Source: Takakia lepidozioides (taxonomy: Eukaryota; Plantae; Bryophyta). From it: a stretch of DNA of 64,000 bases. Position 1 is the first letter of the stretch, and every line of letters starts with the position of its first letter. The DNA is taken from positions 6,076,001-6,140,000 of the forward strand of contig CM060731.1 in assembly GCA_030704615.1 (NCBI GenBank), in the 5' to 3' direction. The notes under the pieces were generated by a model that was not told the DNA's origin, did not search any database, and saw only the letters and a program-made list of their open reading frames with translations. Shown piece by piece: positions 13,961 to 26,430 of the stretch. Position numbers and translations under genes: made by a program.

Positions 13961-15595
13961 ATTTGGTTTCTCATGTAGAAGGTCTTATATGAATTAAGTA
14001 CTGAGGGTGTCAAAGCATAGGGGCTGGTTTCTGCAGTGCTTCTCAGTTGTGCTGAAGACAGGAGGGCCTAGCACTTCAAGGAATTTGCATTTTCTCCTGG
14101 CGTTACTTGTCTTCGCCTTGTTCAGCATTAACATAGTAACTTCACAAGCGAATTGGCTATTAGCCATAGCGACCCAGGGTCTATTACTTGGAGTACATTG
14201 ATTCAACTTGATGAATGGAACGACTTTAGTGTCAAAGTCTTAAACATTTTACTCCCACACAGCTCGAGAAACATGCTACCAAGCCAACTGGCATCCTAAT
14301 GCTCATTTACCCCATGCCCAGACAGAAGATGAGATGAATTTCCCAGGTATGCTGACAGTGTTTCCAAATGCAGAATTTTTCAGTTACAGTCTGACCTGAA
14401 CATTGTAACAGAACAACCTATAGATATGTCGACTCAACCACTCGCAATGAAGTGAGAATGGGAGGGAAGTCATGGGAGGTCATGGGAGGGTATCCACAGA
14501 GGTGTCCAGGCCATGCCAAGAGTATATGTAGGTCATCTCCATATAAGTTAAGGGGTAGTAAAAAGGTCGGAGAGGAGGTACTAACTACTAACCAAGACTG
14601 TTTTCACTCTTGCGAAGATAACTCACATCAGAGTGCGAAGATAACTCCCACCACTTTGCTGAAGCAATGATATCTGAACAATAGGCAGTTCCTCAGCTCT
14701 ACAACTCGTCAATAGCAACAAAATCTGGACAGGACCAGGAAATTACAGCGCCACGAGTACAGCTCTGTCAATAAAAATCTGTCCCCTTTGCACAACATCC
14801 CTTTATTAGATGCCAGAATCGGCATTGGACCTATCCTCATACTGAGGCTTAAAAAAGTCAATAGGGCAATCTCAAAGAGTAGCCTGTAGAAACAAAGGGG
14901 TCTGTACATACCTACAAATTATTCATATAACAAGCTCCTGCTAAATTAGTAAACACTAGGGAAAGTGCTCATAACAATAACTCCCTGATTTGCGGAAACG
15001 CCATTGCAATTGGGGAGAGCCAAGTTAAACTCCAACATAGCCACGGTGACTATTTACGCAGCCCCCTCGTAAACCTGCCAGTATAGCAGGCATATTTGTC
15101 TGACAAAATTATGATGGCTGTAAGATTGCCGGGGCACCACTTGCAGTTGCTGCGAACCAGAAGGCGACAAGAGCAAGACTCCTTCAAGCATCTGATGAGA
15201 GGCTGTACAGACTGCTACGTGTAAGTGTTCATTTACAAAACCGACGGGTTTACTGCAGGAATGACCACGACAATGTGTACATGACTGACTGTTTTGAAAA
15301 AAGGGGGGCATAAGCACCTCCCAACCCGTCAACAGCCCCTCACAGGGCTCAAAGAATGTATGCTTTAACTTCTTTGAACCAACTAAAGGTTGAACTCGAG
15401 CAAGTTTCCTGAGGGGTAGTTTACAATTCGTACTTTGTGACCCCCGAGTAATGACTAATGAGATTTATCCTGCACATGCATCACGAGGAAGGAATACATG
15501 ACCACATGCAAGGTATCCTGATAGTGGAACCCACAAACTTGTGGGGCATAGACATATTTGCACAACTGGCAAAGGGCCAAGGCAAAATAAGAACC

Positions 15596-18500
15596 TCAAG
15601 GGGGACCCGACACTAAGCGGGGAGCCATATTTGACATGAGTAACATTTGTGATGTTGCTTCAGGTTGCTCTTGCTTGAGTCTTGCACCCAAATTTGGCCC
15701 TTGACCGAAAGACTCTCTACCTTGCCCAGGCCTTCCCTCATTGAAATTAGAGTGCCCCATGGATGCCGACAGACTGATTGCAATGGAGGTGGAAACAGGC
15801 AGGCCCATCTCTCTCGCTCCCATAATCCGGGCACCCATGCTCATCCCAATCCCCAGATCGACATCTGATGCAGCTTTCTCCCCTTTTGAGCCATCCTCAA
15901 GGAGATGCCCATACACAGATGTGCGATTGCTAAAGCGGGCTCCCTGGTCTTGCAGAGAGGTGGCTCCTGTGGTGGCTGGATTCGAGGGAAAGGCTGTTGA
16001 CCCATTTTGGGCTGCACTGTCATGGCCACTATTGCGAGCTGCAGGCACATCATGATTATGTTTCCCTTCATAGGTCGTAATCACAGCCTTGGCATCATTG
16101 GACGCCCTTTCAACATGTTTCCGAACAAGGCATCCCACATTGGTGCATTTGTAATAGCTCCTGTTCCTCATGCCAACAGACTCAAATGTCAGTGAGTTGG
16201 AACAGCACAAGACCTCTGCAGCAACATGGGCAATGAAGTAAAAGCAGAAAAGAGAATGTTGATACCCAAAAGACAAATGCACTCCAAGGATAATTGAGAT
16301 GCAAATCTTACCGCCTGCTCCTGCAACATAAGATGCAAAAACCAAACAAACATTGGCTGTTCTTCCAGAGCTTAGACAATTGTGCGAACATACAGACAAG
16401 TGACAGCTGCATGCAGACACCAAATTCATCCCATAGACAGCACTAACACATAGGGAGAGAGACACACCGAGGGTGGGGATTGCCTTTCACTACTTTCTGC
16501 CCATACTTGCGCCACCGATATCCATCATCCAAAATGTCAACATCACTGGTGGTTTGCACCACTACCCGTGGCTCCCGGATTGTCCTTGACGCAGGAACTG
16601 TCTCCTTCACTTTCTTGTCCTTTTTCCTGTTTCCCAAACCACAAAATGACCCACCAGCACTAGGAAATTATTTACTGCACAAGTGAACAACCAAGGCCTG
16701 TGTTGTTTCAAAAGATTCGCCGATATTTAAAGGCATATGGAGGCAGGCCCTGCCCCAGAGCATAGCATGGAATGGCATGCATACAAGGTGGTCCAGGGCT
16801 TTATGCCATGTAGAGTACATGGGCTGCGTGAGAAGCCCAGGAATTAAGCTCACAAAACCCCCTGTCAACCGGGAATTGTCTCAGATGACAACAATGTGAA
16901 ATACTTGCCACCATTTGTGACTCAGACAAAACCCTACTTCAAACTAAGCTATAGGGAGGACTGGAACCTGCGCTTTGACTCAGGCTCATCGTCATCTCCA
17001 TCCTCTGTCGACAGCTTGCTACCTTCTTCCCCTTCATCATCGCTGGTTGACGGGGATGAAGGATCTGGTGTGCCAGTTGCTCCTAGGGAGAAGGACAAGG
17101 TGGGTTGTATTTGACCTGCCCTTGAGGAGTCCATGGAATCTCCCTCCGCAGCCCCAATCCCCCTCTCATTCTTCACCATCGATAAATAGCCACCCACATT
17201 GGGCCCACCTGCTACAAAAAGCTTAACAGATTAGTTGACTCTACTACTACACATGTCATGCATACTGCACAATGGACTTGTCATACAAGGGCGTAATTGG
17301 CAGAAGGCTCTAGTGTCTATGTCGATGGTATGTGCAGCCAGCGCTGAAGACCATGAAAAGTAACACAAGGATACTTTTCCTGAAGGAAACACTTGTCTGC
17401 TTGCTTCTCTGATTTCAGAACCACCCCAAGCAAACAACCCTTCATCCTTAACACCCCTATCACCTACCTCTGTTTTCTCTCCACCCCCATCCCAAGGCTC
17501 AAGGCCTCCCCACCTGAGTTGTCAGAGATGAGGTGGGCACCACTAAGCGCAAGTCGACGTGTAGGCTGCGGTTTGGGATGATTGTGATCTCCCTTATACA
17601 CAATCTCTGTCACCTGTCCATCGTGTGAACGCTCCACCTTCTTCTTCATTGGACAGCTAGCATGTGTGCATTTATAATAGCTCCGTGGGTATTCGCTGCC
17701 CTTCACTTGCTTTTGCCCGTACTTTCGCCAGTTGTAGCCATCCTCTGATGGCCTCTCTGGGATTGCTGGCATGTTCACTAGGTGAGGGATTTGCTGCTCT
17801 TGTTCCGAACCTTGTGAAGTCTGCTCTAACTCCACACCACTTTCTGGCTGCTGGGACTGGGGTTGTGGATGTGATCGCTCCAACGGTGTAGCATTCAGTG
17901 GTATACCTGATGGACCTGTTGTGGAGGTGGAGGGCAGCCGAGCTGAAGCAGAAGGAGCTGAAGAGGACGGCACATGCTGCTGCGCATGGGCTTGCTGCAT
18001 ATGATTGTACACCTGTGCCTGCTGCTGAGATAGCCCAAAGCTTGGCTGCATGGTAACAAAGCGTCGCAATAAGCTACAACTCAGGTCTTGTAAACAAGTT
18101 ATCTCGTCCATAAGAGAGGATGTGGTCGTCCCGAACAATACCACATGAATACTGGCAACCTGACAACTGCTGGGACAGCATGACTGGCTAAAAACAATGC
18201 CTCATGGCCATCAACGTGCTAGTAGAAGCTACTTCACCCTGCCATTACCCTTTCAAAGCACTACCATATACAGTTTTTCAATACACAACGGATATATCTG
18301 CAAGAAGGCAAAGCAAGACGAGTTAACCAGTATTTACCACGCCTGCCAGAGGTGACAGAGTATTTCGGGAGACTGTTTTGACAAATGGCTTGAATACAAA
18401 GCCCGGACTGCCTCCTTGGTCTGAACTTCTGTCTTCGGAGGGTTCTGGCATAAGTGGGGCTCGAGGCCCTCCACTAGCAAAGAAAGGAGGCACTGGAAAT

Positions 18501-19356
18501 GTGCCTGTTGTTGGAGATGGTTCTGCCTGCTTTCACCCGAAAAGCATAGAACACTTGTTAGTTGGCTAAAAAGTTGAATGGTGCATAGGAGGCAAGAATA
18601 AACATTGTTGCAAAAGAGTAGTCCATGACTACAAACAGAGAAGTCCCAGAATTTGCCAAATTGGCTTGTGAAAATACAGAATTAGAGGCCAACATGCCCA
18701 AAGAACAAAAAAAGGACCAGAGAGACAACGCTTTACAATTCAGTCCTACACAGGGAGCAACTTGGCTATTGAATGAAGCCGAGATTCAATGTAGAATCAT
18801 GAGAAAAAGGCACCTGAGATGTGGATAAGAGAACTGGAGAATCCAGCAGAGTGGTGGGGCTAAGGCCAGGGGGAATTGTGAGATAAGCTGCTGCCCGTGG
18901 TATAGGAATGCGAGAAGGAGGCCTATCCTTAAAGCGCGCCGTGGGGGAGGGCCTGGGAGCGGCCCCCATACCAAACCCGAAGCCCACCGCCTTGTTAGCT
19001 GCTCCCCGTGCTGCCAGCCTCTCAGCGAAGCTACCCCTTACTGGTGACCCTGCACCAATGCTTCGGCTTCCTAAATTCATACCGCTGTCCATTACTGGCT
19101 TCTCCTCTACAGAATCAGACGCTGGCGAGCTCGCCATCACACCCGCCAAGAGATGCGAGAAGGATCTAGCATCCAGGTCAGAATCCTGGTCACCCAGGAA
19201 ACCTGGCACCATTGACATGGGGCTATCAATTTCCTTGTACAGTGACTCCGCTGACGGTCGCAACGGCAAAGTTGGTTGTGGCCGCGCCGGAGTCGGCTTC
19301 CGCAATAGCACACCTCCCGCCTCCACCGTTCCTACCCTTTTCTGCTCTCCTTCCAT
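15596..19356 (-). CDS. WRKY: Group I WRKY transcription factor (two WRKY domains); 6 coding exons
   Basis: N-terminal [20 protein letters not shown] and AEPSPTTG motifs. WRKY-N is [30 protein letters not shown] (~17.6-17.75k). WRKY-C is [21 protein letters not shown]|[27 protein letters not shown], split by the conserved R-type intron at 16161-16467. ATG at 19354-19356. Confidence 0.95.
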
Positions 19357-20294
19357 CACTCAAACGGCCTGCATAACCTCACGGAGCTGTGCACCAGCTC
19401 GGAAACATCATGTAACCATCACACACACACTCCCTTTCACCACCGCCTTACCAATCTACACCCTGCAAAGTAAAAAATCTACCATTTTCCCTCCTCAATG
19501 ACACAACCACTATCAGACACACAATTCCACCACACGACCAGATCCTGCTACTGTTCCCCTCGCACATCAACAACCAAAGAAGATTTCACTTCAAACACTC
19601 AACTCAATTCGCAATCCAACGACAAGCCAGTGCGGCAATCTACTCCAAAATCCCCACAGCCCAAAAATTCCTATGCCCCACCTCCAGCTCCCAGAAATCA
19701 CGTCCACCCCCGACCACCTCGTCTCAAATCAAACACGGATTAGTCGCAACGTACGCGCATGCATGTCCAGTGTACGCAAACGCACAATTACTTACTTCGG
19801 ACTCGGTCGTCTCTCCCCATCGCTTCTACCGCTCCCCACGCACCCCTCTCCCTCCTCCTCCCCCCCCATTGACCTGGCCTTCCTTCATCCACATAACCCA
19901 TCCATTCGTCGCGATAAGATCCATCTCATCTTCATCCATCCACCCTTCCCTGCCACCCACCTGTCTCCTACATCCCCCAAAGTCCACGTCAGTTACCCAA
20001 ACCCACTTGATTAGTGACCCCTCCCAATCGTTAGCGCGATTAGTGAGTTCGTTAGTGAGTTACTTCTGCACATGGCCCGCTCACCGACCCGCCGCCGGAC
20101 TGCTGGGGAGTGGACGGGTCACCCGACCCCACGCCCGGGCCCAACCCCGGATGCTATTTTGGGTGTACCGATAATTAAAGAAAATGCGACGTCAGATTCT
20201 GCTTAGAAGACGTGCTTGTGGATGCATTACATCCATGAAAAACCTATGCTCATCCATGCAGATCATCTTATATTTAGTCATTTCTTATCAATTT

Positions 20295-20370
20295 GGTCGG
20301 TAGCTCAGCACTGGGTACCACCCAGGTGATTCTGGGTTCAAATTTTGCTACCTTGTCGGGTGTGGATACT
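20295..20370 (+). mobile_element. tRNA-derived SINE-like head (copy 1)
   Basis: GGTAGCTCAG (partial A box) ... GGTTCAAAT (B box) followed by TTGCTACCTTG..GGGTGT. Alignable to 52845-52929 on the minus strand. Confidence 0.55.
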
Positions 20371-22055
20371 GGATACGATCTCCAGCCTTGTGCTCGGTGC
20401 CTCATTATTTTTTCTCCGATGTTAGCATGTTCAGCAAAAGATGGATGAAAGGTGTGTGCGGGGATGGATGATGTGAGTGCACCTTCGGATACCCTTCTTC
20501 CTGAGATGAGACACGAAACGAGTGGAAGACATTATACCTTTGAAGGTGCACACGACTGAGTTGGGTATCCTCAGCTGTCTGGTACGCGGCTTGCTGCAGG
20601 CGAAAAACTCAGCTGCAGCTGCTTCAAGTTAGGGATAGAGAGCTGACTTCGTACTTACAAGCGCACTGCAACCTGGGAGCGAAGGACTGAGAAAAGCGAA
20701 TCCTGAGACGACTGGGTACATGAGTTTAGGCTACCAGGGCTTGGAAGACGCTTTCCTAGGTTGCCAAGGTGCAGCAAGGGACCTCTGAAGGCAAAGCAAG
20801 GTTGAATAGACATTAGATCCGTTCTTGTTATAACTAGAATGCACCAATTTTTGGCATGTGGTTAGGTAGGCATTGTGGCAGGGTCGGAGAATACTGTGAC
20901 AGGGTCAGATTTGTGGCTGAAGTTCAAGGCAAGTCCTCCATCTCAAGATTGACAGGCAAAGGAGAAAATGCTGAGGGTTCACATTAGAGACCACACAACC
21001 AACTCAGGATATGCTACACACATGCAGACAGACACAAGGGTGCTGCCAAATTTCAGACCACCAGCCTTTGACATACACACCATAACAGATGGACAAAATC
21101 CAAACGTAAATCTTTGTGTGAGATGAAAACCAACTGTCTGACTGAGGCACTCAGAACTGAGAACCCTGTGTGCATTCATGCATAGTGGCCTCAAGTGACG
21201 ATGTGACATAAATGATTCTCTGCATCCTTTATCGGGACAGTCTCCAACACCTCTATTTCCTGCCTGTGCTTCCTTCGACTAAGAGAAAAGTGCCTTTTGC
21301 TTTTAATTTCCTACCTGCATCTGCTAAAGCCTGTCCTCAAGGTAATGAATCCCCCCCAACCCACCTTTTCCAAACCCACCCCACCCACCCACCCACCTTC
21401 CTCTCCCTGACCCCAGCCAGAGAGAGGCTTTCCTGGCCGCCCAAACCAAAATTAGGAATAAAAGGGAAGAAAATTGGAGCTAACCTGTTTGACTGACTTT
21501 CCTTCATTAGTGAGTACCTCATTTGCATGACCTACATTCTCTCTATCTCCCCATACACCAACGGTACAAGTTAACGAATTTTTGGTTTCCAGGTATAGAT
21601 ATTACACTTCAACAATGTAATGAGACATCAAATAATAACATTCTAAAAGGAGGGAGAAGTAGGTGCCTTTGGGCTGGAGCACTAAGCCGGTGTTCAATGG
21701 CAGCATCCCCCAATGGATGCTGGTGGGAGCTTTGCTATCTCTGTCGGAGCCTTCCAGGGAAGGCAAAAAGATGCTCGCACCTGGTAGACACCACCTCTTT
21801 GTTCAAGAGAAACTGAAGAGCCATGGCAGAGGCATGTTTGAGGTAACCGTGACTGGGAATGGAAAGAATGAGAGTCCTGCACCTCCCCCCTTCTGACAAA
21901 TGAGAGCAAAATTTACGACCTTCAGATGGGGCACAGACAAGTGTGATACTACCACATGTCCCTGCCAGCAGACAGAACTTTCCACAAAGGCGCTTGCATG
22001 TGTTCTTCCTGCTAGTGTGCCACCACAGCTTCAACAAACGGTTGGCCAGAAAAGG

Positions 22056-25000
22056 TCAACCTGATGGCTGCTCAGAGCCCCCCCCGCTACTGTATTGTTG
22101 CTGCGAGACAGCCGAGACAGCCGGGACAACATACTGTTGTGTGGGAACCGGGCCAGCTACTGCCCCTGCAGAAAGACTGGGCGTTACCCCTGCCAGACAC
22201 ACGCATCAGCCAAACAACTATTGGACTTGTCCTCTATGAACACCTTTCGACTGAGACTTGTAGCAACCACAGCAAACTGGCGGTGAGGGCTATTACGTCC
22301 ATATCTACTGAAGGTTGTACATGCATTTACTGAGGTTGAGGAAGGAAACTTTTTGGCTTTCCATCCATTGTTTCAACTTCTCAAATTTTCTCAATTTCAT
22401 CACCAAAAGAAGCCTGAGGCTCTAACCTGTAGCAGGGGCAGGAGTCGGGATTGGTACAGTTCCACCAAAAGCTTGAGGCAAACCAGCAAGGTTGCCAGAT
22501 GGACTGCCATACTGCACCACATGAGGTGCCTGCACACCATACCCCTGTGGTGCTGGATATGCAGGGCCTCCCTGCAGTGGTTGCGTGGTGAATGTGCCAG
22601 CGTAAGGATACACTGGACCTGCTCCAGGACTTGTTATTGTACCAGGACCACCATACATTTGTGGAGGGTACTGAGGCCCATAAGGGTATAGATTCTGCAA
22701 GACAACACAGTAATGCCCCAAACCTTTATCAACCTTCCTCCTGCAGTTCAACAGCAGCACTGAAAACCTCAATAGGTTCCTTACCTCAACAAATCTCTAA
22801 GCAGGGATTTCCATGAAGGTGAAAACACGTCTCACTGCTTATTACATACCGCATTGAGGTTTCAACATGCAAAAGCATCCTTGGGTGGGTGTATCTAGAA
22901 GGTGCCTAGCATGGTTTACAAGCCTTAAATATCAGACACCAAACCACTTAAGCAAAATTCTGGATGTTAAGTTGAAAGCCTTACGCCAAAATGTACATTG
23001 GAGAAATTAATCCATCTACTCCAGTGGAAGTACTGAAGAATTACTTCTGGAGCCTCCAGAACAAGCACCTGGCTATGAAGATGACTCATCTCTCTGACTT
23101 GAGAACAAGAGCCCACACAACACTACAAAATCGAGACCTTTTTGCTGAGCTCTACCCCTGCTGTTCTAAGAAAAACCCAATCAAATGGAACCAGAAACCG
23201 AACTCATCTCAAACCCAACTGTTCCCTCTTCCCCTAGAAAGTAGTCAAACCACTCACCGGTGGATAGGCAGTGTAATCTTGGGGGTATTGTGGATACCTG
23301 ATGGACAAACCGAACAAAGTTTTTAGTTCCTGCATTAAATGAATACTTCACCATCAACAGGGGTGCATCCTCGCCACACCACCATCCGACAGCACAGGAC
23401 CTGAGTGCTCAGCAGGAGTCTCATTGGTATGGTGTGACTCATGGATGAACAAACAATGTAAGCTTAGGTTACCACAGACACTCCCAAGGTGTGTGATGGC
23501 TGCCTCATAGCAACCTAAACAGGCAGGTGAGAATTTGGTCACCTTTACATACTCCACTCACAACCACTCACCTACTCCAGGCATGCATTCTCTCATGCCT
23601 ATGACCCCAAACTGAGAGGCACATACCCAAAAACCTGAAAAATAAAGTTTTTAGTGACAATTCCCACAGCTCTGACAACTGCTTGGTAATCCCCTGCACT
23701 GATGAGAATTGAAAAGGAGAACCCGATGATTTTGACATTCATTGTAAACATTCTTAGATAAAGGCTAACATGACAGAAGGTAACTAAATTTACAGAATGT
23801 TCATGATAGGCCAAAAGGGTGAGTAGATCATTGGGACACACAGAAGACACACGTAGTATAGGAGAAGAGCCATGGGAGTTAAAAAGCACTCTTACCCAGC
23901 ATATGGTGGATAAGCAGTAAAGCCGCCTTGCTGGGTGGGGTAAGTGAAAGGTGCGCCAGGTTGAGGAAACGAGGTGGTGCCAGTATAGCCGGGCCCTCCC
24001 TGCTGAGGGCCTGCAGGAAACGGAGGCACCGGCCGAAAACGGTTGCCTGAGGCGGATTAGAAAGCCATCTTCATTAGTCCCTGCTTACTTTCTTACCTTT
24101 CCTCTCAATGTCTATCCTGGCATTAAATCACTTTGGTCTTTGGGGTTATGCTGGCAGAAAATCTAAGATCAATGTGTCATTAGCATTGCTAGAGCATTGC
24201 ACGCGTTATTCTAGTGAACCCATGTTCCTCTTTGGAGTTGCGTACAACCAAAAGAGAGTCTCCCAATCATTAGCTTGGCAGGTCAGTGACTTCAAGCTCC
24301 TGTAATGGGCAAACCCAACATGGTTGGATCAACACCAATCCCTTTCTAAGTCATTCACTACTTATTACTTATTCAACATGACTGCATGCATGACATTCAT
24401 TGATTGCCATGCTTGCAATATGCACTTGTAATTGGTATGTCTTATACCTTTCCAAAGAGGAAAAACAGCATACTTGACAACTAGCTTACATGGTCCAGTT
24501 GAGATACAACATGTTCAAGGGCATACCACATCTCATCCACCAGAAACGAGTTTCACTAACAATCAGCTTTACCAGCCTGAGAACCCACACTGCACTAACA
24601 TCAGATACACGTGACTGCACATACGCCTAAATAGCTACTTATGAATAGATCTTCATTTAATCTCAAGCATACACATACAGAAGTGGGCACTACAGAAAAT
24701 CAAGTATTCAGGGTAGAGGTTGTGGGGAAATGCCCTAGAAATAACCAACCAGATTTGCAAATCAGATATCTGCTAGCCAGACTTCCTTCAACCGTCTCAG
24801 AAGAGGAAAGCAGTTTAATGAACAGACATGTTTTCTAGAGGCCGAAAACAAAATCCCTGCCAGGCACTGCCTCACTTTCCCTTTTACTTCGGTGAACTGG
24901 TTTCTATCTATTAGTCCCATCCCCCCAGACTCCAGCTATCTTTCATGGAGAACCTTTGCAGGAGCTTTGCAGGACAGATATCGTATTATTTTCACATAAA

Positions 25001-25905
25001 TAGACAGCCTCTATATTTAAAAGACGCTGGCATTGGCATAGAAGCCACAGTATCCAAGGATACTTTACATTGTAACCAAGTCCCTTGATTAAGACAGGTT
25101 CTATCTAAGGTAGCAGACAACAATCCATAGCACGCCTACAAAGCAGTAGAGTCAATACAAAACACGAGAATTTTTCACCCGTACCGTGCTGTCCATGGGG
25201 CCGGTGTCGATGAGCGCCTAGGGATGCCAAGTTGCAGTTAGCCCGCCTTCCATCAATGATAGGTGTGGCATCTGCACATGCTCTTCTGGCAGCTTCTGCA
25301 TCCCGAAATGTCACCTGCACCCGTCTCCCCAACTCTCGATCACTTGGCCTGCACATCCTTCAAATGGTCAAATTTTCGAAAGGTGAGTTTATACTCATCC
25401 TTACCACTGCAGCATCTGTCAGAATCCCCTTGGGTTCAGGCATTGCTACCCCAAAGGTGCCACCACACACAGGAAATCCTGCGCCCAGGTAATCCTTTGT
25501 ATGGGAGGTCGCCGGTGACGTTGTGTGTGACGGGGGTCATGCAGAGACTACTATCCTCCCCCATTTGGCCCACAGAGTTCCTGAGCCAGGCCCAGCTGGA
25601 ATTGTGCGACTTATGCCGGACCCACAACTTTGCAAGTACAACGTAAAGCAGAAGAGACCAGAAGAGATCAGCCAGAGAGAAGGGCGGAGGGTGCGCACAA
25701 AGCCATAGCCCTTAGATCGTCCAGTGTTTTTGTCTGTGATCACGACAGCTTCCAGAATGTCTCCAAACTGCTCGAAGTGCCGACGCATGGTGTCCCGCTG
25801 TGTCTCCCATGCCAAACCACCTACAAACACCTTGGTGTACGTAGTGTCCCCAAACTGGTTACCAAGCCCACCGGAGCCTGTCCCGGCCCCTGTCGCCTGG
25901 GCCAT
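22056..25905 (-). CDS. Single-RRM RNA-binding protein (RBM24/RBM38/SEB-4-like) with Pro/Tyr/Gln/Gly-rich tail; 6 exons
   Basis: Exon 1 (25699-25905) reads [52 protein letters not shown] (RNP2/RNP1). Exon 2 reads [33 protein letters not shown]. Further exons at ~23897-24046, ~23259-23297, ~22428-22694 and ~22056-22189 join in frame to a TGA at 22056-22058. Confidence 0.92.
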
Positions 25906-26386
25906 AGCACGCACCCCGTCCTTCCTGGGTGCTGTGCTGCTCACCTTCCCACCACTCCCTCACTGCTGCCGACCCCCACACCCTGCAACTCAAAACTGAT
26001 GTTCAGTATCACCACTTCTCGACTGCAACACCTGCTTCGCTTACCAACACTATTTTCCACCCCCCTTGTAGCCCCCTCTCTACCTCACACCTCCACGCTG
26101 TTGCAGTCATCGCTGCTCGCCCATTCCACCTCTGCCCCTTCTTATTTCCACACAGCACCAGCCTCCACTCCTCCTCTCCCCACCCCTCGCCTCCGCTTAC
26201 CAAATGTTGCAGACGCAGCGATTCTGCCACACCACACTACCCCGAGCCCCTCACAATCCAAATGCAACAACAACACTCCTGCCACACCAGCTTCCTCACA
26301 GCTATGGCGGAGTTGCGTTTGCAGAGCTCCCAGCAACAGATGGATTCCCCCCACCCCTCTCCTCTCTCTCCCCCTCTCCCTCCCAC

Positions 26387-26390
<4 letters not shown>

Positions 26391-26426
<36 letters not shown>
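26391..26426. repeat. (CT/GA)n microsatellite in the 5' region of the RRM gene
   Basis: About 18 perfect TC units. Confidence 0.95.

Positions 26427-26430
<4 letters not shown>

Noticed and set aside
20212-20483. MITE defined by CATCCAT/ATGGATG motifs (similar motifs at ~26890-27390)
   Set aside because: No matching TIR pair or TSD could be established.
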